DNA of 61,487 nt from Minisyncoccota bacterium (lineage in GTDB: Bacteria; Patescibacteriota; Minisyncoccia; Phycocordibacterales; UBA9973). The position numbers were made by a program, and so were the translations under genes. This document shows, in pieces, positions 9,292 to 18,564 of the stretch; position 1 is the first letter of the stretch, and every line of letters begins with the position of its first letter. Under the pieces are notes generated by a model. The model worked only from the letters and a program-made list of their open reading frames with translations, did no database searches and was not told the origin of the DNA. The DNA lies in NCBI GenBank assembly GCA_041664605.1, contig JBAYKO010000004.1, positions 1 through 61,487 of the forward strand. Reading direction: 5' to 3'.

Positions 9292-9333
9292 AATTGTCAA
9301 CAAACTCTGCTATAGCAGAGTTTGTTGACAATT
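9292..9333 (-). terminator. Long hairpin after argS
   Basis: aattgtcaacaaactctgc-tata-gcagagtttgttgacaatt. Confidence 0.7.
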
Positions 9334-9370
9334 AGATATTTGATATCAAAGATAAATTATAAAAAACTTA

Positions 9371-11086
9371 TTACATTCTTTCTGGATTTGGAATACCTAA
9401 AATATTAAGTCCATTTTCTAGTGTAGTTTTAAATGCCTCAGTTAAAGCCAATCGATAAGATGATTCTTTGTTTTCCGTATCAATAATTTTATTATCTCGA
9501 TAATAAGCATTAAAAGCAGAAACTAATTCAAGAAGATAAGTAATTAAATAATTCGGCGCATATTCATTCCCAGCCCTTTCAACTATGTTTGGAAATTGAT
9601 TTATAACTTTTTCTAAATCCCCTGCTTCACCAAGGTTTCGCAGGGCAGGTATTTCTATTTTCATTCCCAATTTCTTGGCTTTTTCTAAAACTGAATTTGC
9701 TCGAGCAAAAGAATATTGTAAATATGGGCCAGAGTCTCCTTCAAAAGATAATGATTTTTCAAAATCAAAAATTATATCTTTTCCAATTGATTGTTTTAAA
9801 ATAGAAAACTTAATTGCCCCAATCGATACTTGTTCTGCAATTTTTTCTTTTTCGTCTTCATTAAAATCTCTATCTTCTAATTTTTTAAAAATTATTTTTT
9901 TGACTCCATCGATTAATGATTCCGCTGTAACCACTTGTCCTGTACGAGAAGACATTTTACCTGAAGGCAAACGAAGCATCCCATGTGAAATATGTTTTGT
10001 TTTTAATGCATAATCAGGAAGAATTAGCTCCATTACTTTTAACAGAACCTTGAAATAATCATTCACTTCATTTCCTGTAATAATGATTGATTTATCAAAG
10101 GAATATTTTTCCCCTTTCATTTTAGCTAAACCAAGTTCCTTTGCCTCATAAGTTGGCAATCCTTCGGAGTTTATAAAAACCCTTGTGTGTAAGCCATAAT
10201 TTTCTCCTTTAAAAATTATTGCTCCGTCGCTTTTTTCAAAAACCCCACCTATATTTTCTTCGACTAATTTTTGACCAATTGGAGCTGCTTCACTTTCAAA
10301 AAAATTATGATCAAATTTTGTTCCGAGTTTTTTGTAAATCTGATCAAAGTATTCTAAGCTCCACTTTTTACCAAGATCGTAAAGTTCATTAACTTCTTCG
10401 TCAGTTTTTTCATAGATTTTTTTATTTATATCATTAATAGAATCTTCATTGTCTTCATAAGATAGTGCTCCTTTTGAGTATGCTTCTCCTAGCCATGCTA
10501 TTTTTTCTGTAATGGAAGAATTTTTTATTTCTTCAAACTTTTCTTTCCATTCTGGATCATTCTTTATTCCCCAAATAGTTTTAGCTACATGAAGACCAAC
10601 ATCACCTTGGTAACACAATCTTTTTATTAGAGCCCCATTCCATTCAATAATCCTAGATATAGCTTCACCAACTGCATTAGTCATCAGATGTCCAGTATGA
10701 AAAAGTTTGAATGGGTTTGGATCCGTATATTCAACTAATACTGTTTGCCCTTTTAGATTTTCACCTTTTCCATAATTCTCCTTTTCTTTTAAAATTTTCT
10801 CGGTATTTTCTATAAAATATTTTTTAGATAAATAAAAATTAATAAAACCAGGGTGAGCTACTTCTATTTTTTCTATTTCCTCTGGTTTGTTTTCATTTAA
10901 AATATCAACAATTTTTTTAGCAATTTCAATTGGACTCATTTCCAATTTTTTTGCACAAACCATCGCGATATTTGTTGTAAAATCTCCATTATTAAGATTA
11001 TTTGGATGCTCTAAAATAATCTCTATATTTTCAATAGAAAGTTTTTTTAGTGCTTCTTGTATTAAATTTTCTATCTTGTTTTTCAT
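9371..11086 (-). CDS. argS: Arginyl-tRNA synthetase
   Basis: EYTDPNPFKLFHTGH (HIGH motif), KMSSRTG, FEGDSGPYLQYSFARANS. Confidence 0.97.
   Translation of the reverse strand: MKNKIENLIQEALKKLSIENIEIILEHPNNLNNGDFTTNIAMVCAKKLEMSPIEIAKKIVDILNENKPEEIEKIEVAHPGFINFYLSKKYFIENTEKILKEKENYGKGENLKGQTVLVEYTDPNPFKLFHTGHLMTNAVGEAISRIIEWNGALIKRLCYQGDVGLHVAKTIWGIKNDPEWKEKFEEIKNSSITEKIAWLGEAYSKGALSYEDNEDSINDINKKIYEKTDEEVNELYDLGKKWSLEYFDQIYKKLGTKFDHNFFESEAAPIGQKLVEENIGGVFEKSDGAIIFKGENYGLHTRVFINSEGLPTYEAKELGLAKMKGEKYSFDKSIIITGNEVNDYFKVLLKVMELILPDYALKTKHISHGMLRLPSGKMSSRTGQVVTAESLIDGVKKIIFKKLEDRDFNEDEKEKIAEQVSIGAIKFSILKQSIGKDIIFDFEKSLSFEGDSGPYLQYSFARANSVLEKAKKLGMKIEIPALRNLGEAGDLEKVINQFPNIVERAGNEYAPNYLITYLLELVSAFNAYYRDNKIIDTENKESSYRLALTEAFKTTLENGLNILGIPNPERM
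9621..9649 (-). repeat. CCTGCCC-family element in frame in argS (PALRNLGEAG)
   Basis: Minus strand cctgccctgcgaaaccttggtgaagcagg; 23/29 identical to 39336-39364. Confidence 0.8.
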
Positions 11087-11164
11087 TTATTTTCCTTTAT
11101 TTTAACATATTATTTTGATTTTTTCTTTAGATTAGTCCACACACTTAGAACTTAGTGTGCAGGA

Positions 11165-11212
11165 TTGACAAATTTTCAAAAAAATGTAATCTGTAGTCAG
11201 AATAAGTAAATT
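11165..11212 (+). promoter_or_regulatory. sigma70 promoter with AGAA leader motif (thyA)
   Basis: TTGACA-16-TAATCT, then gtaGTCAGAATAAGTAAATT. Confidence 0.75.
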
Positions 11213-11224
11213 AACATATTTAAT

Positions 11225-12148
11225 ATGAAACCAAATTACAAGTATTTATGGAACAGAACCCCTGACAAACAATACAAAAATCTCTTATTGGAAATATTGA
11301 ATGAAGGAGAAAAAGATGATGCACAATCTGGGGTACCAACAATTTCTCGGATTGCCCCAGTATCAATGCGATTTAAATTTGAAAATGGATTCCCTTTAAT
11401 TACAGAAAGAAACATGAACCCAAAAACATCAGAAAGTCTTCCTATAACAGTGTGGCAACAAGCTATTGCTGAAATCTGTGCTTTTATAAATGGAGCAAGA
11501 ACCTTAAAAGAATTTGAAGATTATGGCTGTTATTGGTGGAAAGATTTTTTAACAGAAAAAAAGTGCACAAAAAGAGGACTGGAACCAGGTGATAATGGGC
11601 CAGGATCCTATGGTGCCGCCTTTCATGATTTTCCGATGCCTGACGGAGAAACGTTTAATCAATTTGAGTTTATTATCCGTCAAATATTAGAAAATCCAAT
11701 ATTAAAAACTCATTTTATTTCTCCATGGATTCCTTATTACACTTTCAGAGTAACTGGGCATAAACAAAAAGTTGTTGTTTGTCCATGTCATGGTTGGATT
11801 TTTATTCGAATCATGAATAACAAATTAACACTGAATATGATCCAAAGATCAGGAGATGTACCAATTGGTGTTCCATCAAATATGTGCCAGTACGCTGCGC
11901 TCACAATGATGATTGCCCAAGTAACAAAAACTGTTCCATATGAATATGTGCACAGTTTTATGGATGCACACATTTATGAAAATCAAATTCCTGCCGTAAA
12001 GACAATACTAAGCAGAGAAGACCGTATTTTTCCAATAGTAGAGATGGATGATTCTATTACAAACCTTTTCGATTTCAGAAAAGAGCACTTTGTTCTTAAG
12101 GAATACAATCCCCATCCAGGGATAAAAGGAATACCTGTAACAATATAA
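11225..12148 (+). CDS. thyA: Thymidylate synthase (ThyA type, divergent)
   Basis: GPGSYGA, catalytic CPCH, QRSGDVPIGVPSN, DAHIYENQ, C-terminal YNPHPGIK. Confidence 0.9.
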   Translation: MKPNYKYLWNRTPDKQYKNLLLEILNEGEKDDAQSGVPTISRIAPVSMRFKFENGFPLITERNMNPKTSESLPITVWQQAIAEICAFINGARTLKEFEDYGCYWWKDFLTEKKCTKRGLEPGDNGPGSYGAAFHDFPMPDGETFNQFEFIIRQILENPILKTHFISPWIPYYTFRVTGHKQKVVVCPCHGWIFIRIMNNKLTLNMIQRSGDVPIGVPSNMCQYAALTMMIAQVTKTVPYEYVHSFMDAHIYENQIPAVKTILSREDRIFPIVEMDDSITNLFDFRKEHFVLKEYNPHPGIKGIPVTI

Positions 12149-12161
12149 AGGAGGTGCTGAT

Positions 12162-12629
12162 ATGAAAAAACAAGTTAATATTGATTATACTAGATTTGAT
12201 GACCAAAAAAAAGTTATGGAACAAATCATCAAGGATGGCGCTTGTCCTTTCTGTGTTGATATTGAAAAATTCAACAAAAATGAAATCGGGGTTTATCACA
12301 AAAAACCAATTTTTAAGAATGGAAAATATTGGTTGGTAACCACTAATCAATGGCCTTACCAAAATTCAAAAATTTCCTTACTCCTTATTTATAAATTTCA
12401 CGCAGAAAAAATGAGTGAAATAAAAGAAGGAGCTGGAGAAGAATTTTTTGAAATGCTCAAATGGATTGAAAAAAATTTCAATCATACTAATTGTGGTGGT
12501 GCTTTTACTACTAGAATTGGAGTTCCTAAAAAATCTGGGGCTACTGTAAAACATCTTCACACTCAATATGTGATGATTTCTAAAAAAGGTTTCAAAATTA
12601 AATTTAGTGTTAAACCAATAGAAAAATAG
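12162..12629 (+). CDS. HIT-superfamily nucleotide hydrolase/transferase (HxHxQ type)
   Basis: CPFC, NQWPY, GATVKHLHTQ; strong SD AAGGAGGTG upstream. Confidence 0.8.
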   Translation: MKKQVNIDYTRFDDQKKVMEQIIKDGACPFCVDIEKFNKNEIGVYHKKPIFKNGKYWLVTTNQWPYQNSKISLLLIYKFHAEKMSEIKEGAGEEFFEMLKWIEKNFNHTNCGGAFTTRIGVPKKSGATVKHLHTQYVMISKKGFKIKFSVKPIEK

Positions 12630-12658
12630 AAAAACCCGGCGATTCGCCGGGTTTTTTA
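12630..12658. terminator. Bidirectional terminator
   Basis: aaaaacccggcga-t-tcgccgggtttttt between convergent genes. Confidence 0.85.
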
Positions 12659-12659
12659 A

Positions 12660-13508
12660 TTAAAAACTCATATCTACAAATATTGTTTCTATTTCATACT
12701 TTTTCAGAATATCCTCACCATCTAAAACTCCATACCCTTCAGAATAAAAGAGTTTTTTAATACCCGATTCTGCAATTAAGTACGTGCAAGGACCACATGG
12801 AAATGTAGAAACATAAATACTTGCACCATTCGTAGAAATTCCATTCTTCGCAGCACTAGCAATAACTCCAGCTTCTGAATGTATAAAACTTGAAAGTTCT
12901 ATATGAATCCCTTTTTTGAAATTATTACGAGGATCACAAAACAAATGAGGAGCATGAGATGAAAGAAGGTGATGATTAAAAGTAATAATAGCGATTTCTT
13001 TTTCTTTTACTAAAACAGACCCTATGTGTCTCCAGATATCGCTACTTTTTTCAGCATGTTCTAATCCAAAACTAATCATTCTGCGATCAAAATCGTCACG
13101 AGAAATTTTTATATCAGGTGAAAGATCTTGTTGTTTGAGTGAATAATCCCTATCATGTCTTAAGAAAAAATCTTTTTCAAAAACAACATTTTTCCCTGAT
13201 AAATATTCCTCTGCAATAGCTATCATTTCCTCTTCTTTTGGAAAAATGATTTCAGAAAAAGAATCAAAATTAGTTAAAGTTGTGAAAAAATTTTCTTCAA
13301 CAACTTCTATTCTCTTGAAAATTTTCAAACTAGAAATCATTGCTTTAATAAGGAATGGATCAATAGCGTTGATATTCTTACCTAATGGACGAAACTTTTG
13401 TGAAAAAGAGCTTCCTAAAATCCCCAGGAATTCGATACCAAAATGTTTTTTAAATAAATTTATATAACTTTGGTGAATCCCGGCCACATAAACAAACATC
13501 GCTTTCAT
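12660..13508 (-). CDS. dCMP deaminase-family protein with N-terminal extension
   Basis: HSEAGVIA and FPCGPC zinc deaminase motifs, GASIYVSTFPC. Confidence 0.85.
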   Translation of the reverse strand: MKAMFVYVAGIHQSYINLFKKHFGIEFLGILGSSFSQKFRPLGKNINAIDPFLIKAMISSLKIFKRIEVVEENFFTTLTNFDSFSEIIFPKEEEMIAIAEEYLSGKNVVFEKDFFLRHDRDYSLKQQDLSPDIKISRDDFDRRMISFGLEHAEKSSDIWRHIGSVLVKEKEIAIITFNHHLLSSHAPHLFCDPRNNFKKGIHIELSSFIHSEAGVIASAAKNGISTNGASIYVSTFPCGPCTYLIAESGIKKLFYSEGYGVLDGEDILKKYEIETIFVDMSF

Positions 13509-14089
13509 TTTGGCACCTCTCCTTCTTTTTTTGTTCCCATCTCATTTGCAAAAAAATTTTCTACATACTCATTTAGGCCAGGGATTAATTTTTGACGTAT
13601 ATCCTTTACCAAATTCATGACCATTAGTCTTATTTTATTACTCGTATGAGTTGTTGCTTGTGGTTCAAGAACCTTAACCTCCCCACAAAATTCTTTCAAT
13701 TTTTCAAGATCCTCATTAGAATAAGTTTCCTGTGTTGCAATTAAAACATCTGGTTTGACTATTTTAATCATCTCCCATTTTGGAGCTTCTTCTTTTAAAA
13801 CAACAAGGCCAACATGCCTAATACGACTGATTGTGTCCATTCTTTCATCTTGTGGAATAATAGGACGAGTATCACCCTTTTTCTTTTTTATTTTGGCATC
13901 GTTGTCGACACCAACAATAAGGTAATCTGCTTGTTCTGAAGCTCTTTCAATATATTTTCCATGCCCAGGATGAAAGATATTCCAAGACCCCATTGTTAAA
14001 ACAATCGTCTGTCCCAACATTCTTTGGCACTTTACGACTGAGTTTAATTCTTCTAATGTTGTTACGATTGGCGCATTTCTTGATTTCAT
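13505..14089 (-). CDS. Cytidylyltransferase-family protein (RfaE/TagD-like)
   Basis: GSWNIFHPGH (HxGH), LIVGVDND, RPIIPQDER, TSNKI. Confidence 0.85.
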   Translation of the reverse strand: MKSRNAPIVTTLEELNSVVKCQRMLGQTIVLTMGSWNIFHPGHGKYIERASEQADYLIVGVDNDAKIKKKKGDTRPIIPQDERMDTISRIRHVGLVVLKEEAPKWEMIKIVKPDVLIATQETYSNEDLEKLKEFCGEVKVLEPQATTHTSNKIRLMVMNLVKDIRQKLIPGLNEYVENFFANEMGTKKEGEVPK

Positions 14090-14095
14090 AATTGT

Positions 14096-14145
14096 AAATT
14101 TGCTTGTTTCTGCCTTAACCTTACCATAAGAATTTTAAATTGCAA
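14096..14145 (-). promoter_or_regulatory. sigma70 promoter with AGAA leader motif
   Basis: TTGCAA-16-TAAGGT, then taaGGCAGAAACAAGCAAATTT. Confidence 0.7.
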
Positions 14146-14148
14146 CAA

Positions 14149-14182
14149 TCAAAAATCCCCACAAATTTGTGGGGATTTTTGA
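14149..14182 (-). terminator. Terminator downstream of rplK
   Basis: tcaaaaatccccacaa-at-ttgtggggatttttga. Confidence 0.85.
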
Positions 14183-14207
14183 TTGTAATTTGTCTCTTTT
14201 TTATTCA

Positions 14208-14277
14208 CTAGAACCTAGCCCCTAGAATCTAGAATCTAGAATCTAGAATCTAGAATCTAGAAGCTAGAAGCTAGCCC
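14208..14277 (+). repeat. Ten-unit CTAG heptamer tandem array overlapping the rplK stop
   Basis: ctagaac ctagccc (ctagaat)x5 (ctagaag)x2 ctagccc. Confidence 0.95.
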
Positions 14278-14696
14278 TTTATCTCTATTCCGGCTGATCT
14301 GGCACTTCCTTCTACTATTTTCATTGCCGCTTCTATATCATTTGCGTTTAGGTCTGGCATTTTCTTTTCGGCAATTTCCTTTAATTGGGCTTTGGTTATT
14401 TTTCCAGCTTTTGTAACTATGTTTTTCTTTGCTCCTTTTTCTACTCCAGCAGCCTTTAAAATAAGACCTGTTACTGGTGGAGTTTTGATTATAAAATCAT
14501 AAGTCCTATCCTCGTAAACTGTAATAACTACAGAAACTGTATCCGGCATCATTGGACGAGTTGCCTCATTGAATTTATTAACGAAATCCCCAATGTTTAC
14601 TCCTGCCTGACCAAGTGCTGGTCCAAGTGGAGGCGCAGGGGTTGCCTTGCCTGCTCCAATTTGTAACTTAATTTTTTTTGTTATTTTTTTAGCCAT
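14271..14696 (-). CDS. rplK: 50S ribosomal protein L11
   Basis: [23 protein letters not shown]...[24 protein letters not shown]. Confidence 0.98.
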   Translation of the reverse strand: MAKKITKKIKLQIGAGKATPAPPLGPALGQAGVNIGDFVNKFNEATRPMMPDTVSVVITVYEDRTYDFIIKTPPVTGLILKAAGVEKGAKKNIVTKAGKITKAQLKEIAEKKMPDLNANDIEAAMKIVEGSARSAGIEIKG

Positions 14697-14809
14697 GATT
14701 GATTTATAAGGAGCTTTGCGACTATATATTTACATAAAATCGGTTCGCTCGATCAAAATAAATTAGTAAACTATTTATTTCTCTCTCCCTGCCGATTATA
14801 AATCGTCAC

Positions 14810-14911
14810 CCAGCACTTATTTTACTTTTAATTTGTACAAAAATCTATTTTTAATCCCTAAATAATACATTATTCTATAAAAAATACTAGTTTTTGTAAA
14901 ATAAGTGCTGG
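14810..14911. repeat. CCAGCAC-family inverted-repeat element enclosing the rplK promoter
   Basis: Perfect 16-bp arms ccagcacttattttac / gtaaaataagtgctgg. TTTACA-17-TAGAAT on the minus strand (14900-14872). Confidence 0.8.
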
Positions 14912-14949
14912 ATTAAGAAAAATATATTCCGCCCTGCTTCATTATTTTT

Positions 14950-15495
14950 CTAAATTTTCTTAACTTGCAAGAAGTCCAGCTCGACAGGTGTTTCTCTACC
15001 AAACATAGATACTAGGACCTTAACTTTTCCTCTTTCTTGATCAATATCACTCACTTTACCTTCTAAATCTTTAAATGGGCCGTCTGCGATAATAATTAAT
15101 TCGCCAATCTGTAGATCAATGTTATGTTTTGCAACAGTGTTGTCCATTTTGCTAAACAAAAAGTCTACTTCCTTTTGTTCAAGTGGAACAGGATTTACTC
15201 CTGAACCAACGAAACCGGTCACGCGGGGAGTATTTCTAACTATGTACCATGTGTCGTCTGTAACTATCATATCTACTAGTACATATCCGGGATAAACTTT
15301 TTCTTCAACTTCAACTCTCTTACCTCCTTTTATTTTTATTTTTTTTTCAGTAGGAACAATGACACTAAAAATTTTATCATTCATTCCAAGTGAATCAATA
15401 CGCTGTTTTAAATTTCTCATAACAGCATTTTCGTACCCAGCATAGGTATGAATAGCGTACCAATTTCTTTCTGGTTTTTGTTCTTGTTTTGACAT
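14950..15495 (-). CDS. nusG: Transcription termination/antitermination factor NusG
   Basis: WYAIHTYAGYEN, YPGYVLVDM, RNTPRVTGFVG, KOW motif GPFKDLEG, FGRETPVEL. Confidence 0.98.
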   Translation of the reverse strand: MSKQEQKPERNWYAIHTYAGYENAVMRNLKQRIDSLGMNDKIFSVIVPTEKKIKIKGGKRVEVEEKVYPGYVLVDMIVTDDTWYIVRNTPRVTGFVGSGVNPVPLEQKEVDFLFSKMDNTVAKHNIDLQIGELIIIADGPFKDLEGKVSDIDQERGKVKVLVSMFGRETPVELDFLQVKKI

Positions 15496-15503
15496 AAATT
15501 ATT

Positions 15504-15686
15504 TTAAAAAGTTAAAAGCTTTTTTAGGAGTGTTGAGAAAATGTAATCAAAAAGCCCTAAATAATAAGCGACGAAAAGTGAAATTAAAATAACGACCAAA
15601 GTAAAAGCAATTGCTTGTTTTTTTGTTGGCCAATTTACGTGCTTAAATTCTGCTCTTGTTTCTTTTATGTAATCTTTTATACCCAT
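15504..15686 (-). CDS. secE: Preprotein translocase subunit SecE (start revised to 15686)
   Basis: YIKETRAEFKHVNWPTKK plus one TM helix; lies upstream of nusG. Confidence 0.93.
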   Translation of the reverse strand: MGIKDYIKETRAEFKHVNWPTKKQAIAFTLVVILISLFVAYYLGLFDYIFSTLLKKLLTF

Positions 15687-15860
15687 AATTTTATTATATT
15701 TATTTTCCTTACTAAAAAACCCCCACAGGGCTATATAAATACTACTTTTTTTTAAGCAAAAAGTCAACCTAACACACTTATTTTATTGTTTTTCTGTTTT
15801 TAATATAATAAGAATCAAAAAATAAAATTTCATTCATAAATAAAGTAAATATATAGGTCA

Positions 15861-15901
15861 ACTATCGAAAAACTCCCCAAATGGGGGAGTTTTTCGATAG
15901 T
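15861..15901 (-). terminator. Terminator
   Basis: actatcgaaaaactcccc-aaatg-ggggagtttttcgatagt. Confidence 0.8.
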
Positions 15902-15904
15902 AAT

Positions 15905-16729
15905 TTATTTGATTTCGTAAGTAATCGTGACATTGGAAGTGACTTTATTTTCTCCCTTTGGAATTTCTGGTACCACTCCTCCTGCGATCGGCGCCAAAGA
16001 CATCATTGCTGATTTTTCATAATAAACTGGGTAATCACCTGATTCATTAAAACTTATAACTTTCCCTAATTTTACCCCTAAGTCATGTGCAAGAATTTCT
16101 GCTTTTGTTTTTGCGTCATCAATAGCTAATTTTCTTGCCTCTGCTTTTAATCCATCTTCATTATCAATAGCGAGATCTGGTCCTGACATTTCTGTTATCC
16201 CAACTTTTGCTAATTCTTCTGTAATTTTTCCTGTGTCATCAGTATTTCTTATTTTTACTGAAATAGTTTGAGAAACTGTATACCCAGTAATAACTGATTT
16301 CCCCTCTGGACAAGGATAGGTTATACACGCTATTTTCTGATATTCATATTTTGGAACATAATTCATTCCCATTGTTTTTAAATCTTTTTCTGCTATCCCA
16401 TTTTTCCTCAACATATCTAATGCTGTGTTTGTTTTAAGAGCATTAGTTTTTTGCGCTTCAGTTATTGTTTTTGCTTCACTTCTGGCTGTAAAAGAAATGT
16501 TTGCAATATCAGGAACTGCAAAAACTTCTCCTTTACCAGAAAAAGAAATTTGATTTACTTGCCCAATTTGATTTCCAATATAATTATTTGTTTTTATTTC
16601 ATTTATTATTTTTACTATAAAATAAATTGACAAGATCGTAATAAAAATAAAAAGTGCTGAGGATATTAATTTCTTTTTTGAATGAAACATCATGTGTAGT
16701 GGCATATTGCCGTTTAAATTTTCTTCCAT
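15905..16729 (-). CDS. SIMPL/DUF541 domain protein
   Basis: SFSGKGEVFAVPDIA, ARKLAIDDAKTKAE.LA..LGVKLGKV. Confidence 0.88.
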   Translation of the reverse strand: MEENLNGNMPLHMMFHSKKKLISSALFIFITILSIYFIVKIINEIKTNNYIGNQIGQVNQISFSGKGEVFAVPDIANISFTARSEAKTITEAQKTNALKTNTALDMLRKNGIAEKDLKTMGMNYVPKYEYQKIACITYPCPEGKSVITGYTVSQTISVKIRNTDDTGKITEELAKVGITEMSGPDLAIDNEDGLKAEARKLAIDDAKTKAEILAHDLGVKLGKVISFNESGDYPVYYEKSAMMSLAPIAGGVVPEIPKGENKVTSNVTITYEIK

Positions 16730-16759
16730 AATTTTTAGGCCTAATTTTAAATAGGCAGA

Positions 16760-17287
16760 TTATTTAATTGCTAATAATTCAACATCAAAAATCAAAGTTG
16801 CATTTGGTGGAATTGGACCACTACCTTTTGGACCATAAGCAAGATCAGATGGAATAGTTAATTTTCTTTTTTCACCAATCTTCATTCCCTCTACTCCTAT
16901 ATCCCAGCCTTTAATTACATATCCTGCACCCAATGGAAATGAAAATGGCTTACCGTCATCATTATCTAAAGATGAATCAAATTTTACTCCGTTTTCAAGC
17001 CATCCAGTGTATTGCACTGAAACAGATTGCCCGATTTTTGCCCCTTCTCCGCTACCTTCTTTGAGAATTTGTATTTTTACTCCACCTTTTATTATTTCTT
17101 TTTCACTTGTATCCATAGGATTATTATTTTCTTCATTATTATTAATATTGTTAGTAACTTCAGTTTCAGTTATTTTATTTTCTTTAGTTTTATCTTCTTT
17201 AGAAAATAAATAAAAAACCAAAACAACAATTGCCAAAATTACTAAAACTGAGATTATTGATATTATATTTTCTTTTTTATTACCCAT
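16760..17287 (-). CDS. FKBP-type peptidyl-prolyl isomerase with N-terminal membrane anchor
   Basis: VQYTGWLENGVKFDSS, VIKGWDIGV.GMKIGEKRKL.IP..LAYG, IPPNATLIFDVEL. Confidence 0.95.
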   Translation of the reverse strand: MGNKKENIISIISVLVILAIVVLVFYLFSKEDKTKENKITETEVTNNINNNEENNNPMDTSEKEIIKGGVKIQILKEGSGEGAKIGQSVSVQYTGWLENGVKFDSSLDNDDGKPFSFPLGAGYVIKGWDIGVEGMKIGEKRKLTIPSDLAYGPKGSGPIPPNATLIFDVELLAIK

Positions 17288-17345
17288 ACTTTAAATTTTT
17301 CCGCTTTGTTTACCAGTCTGATGCTGGAGCGAGTTAAACTTTTAA

Positions 17346-17834
17346 TTATTTTTTATTCTCTAGATCATCTAAAATTTTAAACATCATTTTATTTTGATTT
17401 TCTAGATGAAGTAATATTGTTTCTATTTCCATTTCTGACCTAGTATTTATTTCAAAATCAGCCTCAGCTCTAGCTTCAGACCTTTTTGCTTGAAGATTTT
17501 GCCCAATCATGATTAATGGCAATAAAAAAAGTTGAATCATATTAGAAATAAACAACCAAAAAACAAAAGCTGGGTATGGATCAAATTTTAACTTCATCGG
17601 AGCAAAAATGTTCCAAAAAAGCCAAAACACTGTCCACACAAGAATGATTACAAAAAATCTCATTGAACCAACATGATTAGTCACCCAAAGAGCGAGTAGA
17701 TCTAATTTACTTAATTTCTCTAAGTGAACAATATTAGCATTTCTAATTGGCTTAGTTACTTTTTTTAACTCATCTAATGTGAGTGGATTATTACTAAATT
17801 CTAAACCCTTAAAATTATTATTATCTTTTCCCAT
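17346..17834 (-). CDS. DUF1003-family membrane protein (start revised to 17834)
   Basis: FDPYPAFVF, PLIMIGQN, AEADFEIN. The longer ORF runs through a repeat element. Confidence 0.82.
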   Translation of the reverse strand: MGKDNNNFKGLEFSNNPLTLDELKKVTKPIRNANIVHLEKLSKLDLLALWVTNHVGSMRFFVIILVWTVFWLFWNIFAPMKLKFDPYPAFVFWLFISNMIQLFLLPLIMIGQNLQAKRSEARAEADFEINTRSEMEIETILLHLENQNKMMFKILDDLENKK

Positions 17835-17843
17835 GTTGTTTAT

Positions 17844-18004
17844 TATAACAACAAACGAGGAGCAAAACAAAAACTTGTTTTTATTTTGTCCGAGTGTCGT
17901 TGTTATATAGATTTTTAATCTATATAACAACAAGAGAGGAGCGAGGCAAAAAGCTATTTTTGCTTTGTCCGAACGCCGTTGTTATATGATTTTTATATAA
18001 CAAC
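17844..18004. repeat. Tandem about 65-bp elements with TATAACAAC terminal inverted repeats (two full units plus a partial third)
   Basis: tataacaac...gaggagc...ttttgtccga...cgttgttata occurs at 17844 and at about 17922; junctions form palindromes. Confidence 0.75.
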
Positions 18005-18024
18005 TTTTAAAAAAAATACATTTT

Positions 18025-18094
18025 ATCCAGTAGTGAGACTTGGCGAGGTGTAAAGCACAACTCTAAAGAGCATTTTAAAGCTCTACTATTGGAT
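18025..18094. repeat. GTAGTGA/CTACTAC family element, copy 2
   Basis: atccagtagtgagactt...taaagctctactattggat; shares agtgagactt and taaag.tctacta with 37084-37122. Confidence 0.7.
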
Positions 18095-18154
18095 TGACAG
18101 GAAATACTAATGGAGTACCATTAAATTAGATCGTTTTCTTAATATAAATACTAT

Positions 18155-18373
18155 ATGACAGCCACAACTTTAATACTTATTATGATAAGTTTAACTAGGT
18201 GGGTTGTCAAAAAGAACCCATTTATTAACATCGAACCCTACTGTTGGGGTATTGTGAAAATAGAATTCATTGGAAAAATTAAAGAGATATTTTTCTCTAA
18301 AAAATTTTTTATTCCAATAATTATGATCCCTGCCACTATTACCAAAAGAACAGACATTATATTAAGACAATAA
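18155..18373 (+). CDS. Possible small hypothetical protein (uncertain)
   Basis: ORF followed by a hairpin at about 18372-18395. No recognisable motif; competing short ORFs exist on the minus strand. Confidence 0.25.
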   Translation: MTATTLILIMISLTRWVVKKNPFINIEPYCWGIVKIEFIGKIKEIFFSKKFFIPIIMIPATITKRTDIILRQ

Positions 18374-18411
18374 ACCCTGACATAGATCAGGGTTTATTAT
18401 TTGTAAATTTT

Positions 18412-18558
18412 TTAATTAAATCCGAAAAATCCTTTTATCGCAGCCCAAATTGCAGCAAAAGTAATTCCATAGTGATAAAGAATAAAAATAATTATTGCAA
18501 TTACTACTAATGCGACGAGAATACTTGACCCTCCTTGTAATTTTTTATCTGTTTTCAT
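18412..18558 (-). CDS. Small single-TM, pilin-like protein (48 aa), not in the ORF track
   Basis: MKTDKKLQGGSSILVALVVIAIIIFILYHYGITFAAIWAAIKGFFGFN; extended -10 TGaTATAAT upstream; hairpin downstream. Confidence 0.7.
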   Translation of the reverse strand: MKTDKKLQGGSSILVALVVIAIIIFILYHYGITFAAIWAAIKGFFGFN

Positions 18559-18564
18559 ATGTTT

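Noticed and set aside
7815-9333. Integron cassette array
   Set aside because: The hairpins are ordinary terminators lacking attC RYYYAAC/GTTRRRY ends, each gene has its own promoter, and there is no integrase.
1474-13467. Short antisense ORFs (1474, 5214, 6252, 7496, 8453, 9675, 10887, 11788, 12096, 12378, 13246) and 22..204
   Set aside because: They lie within or largely overlap well-supported genes on the opposite strand and have no motifs.
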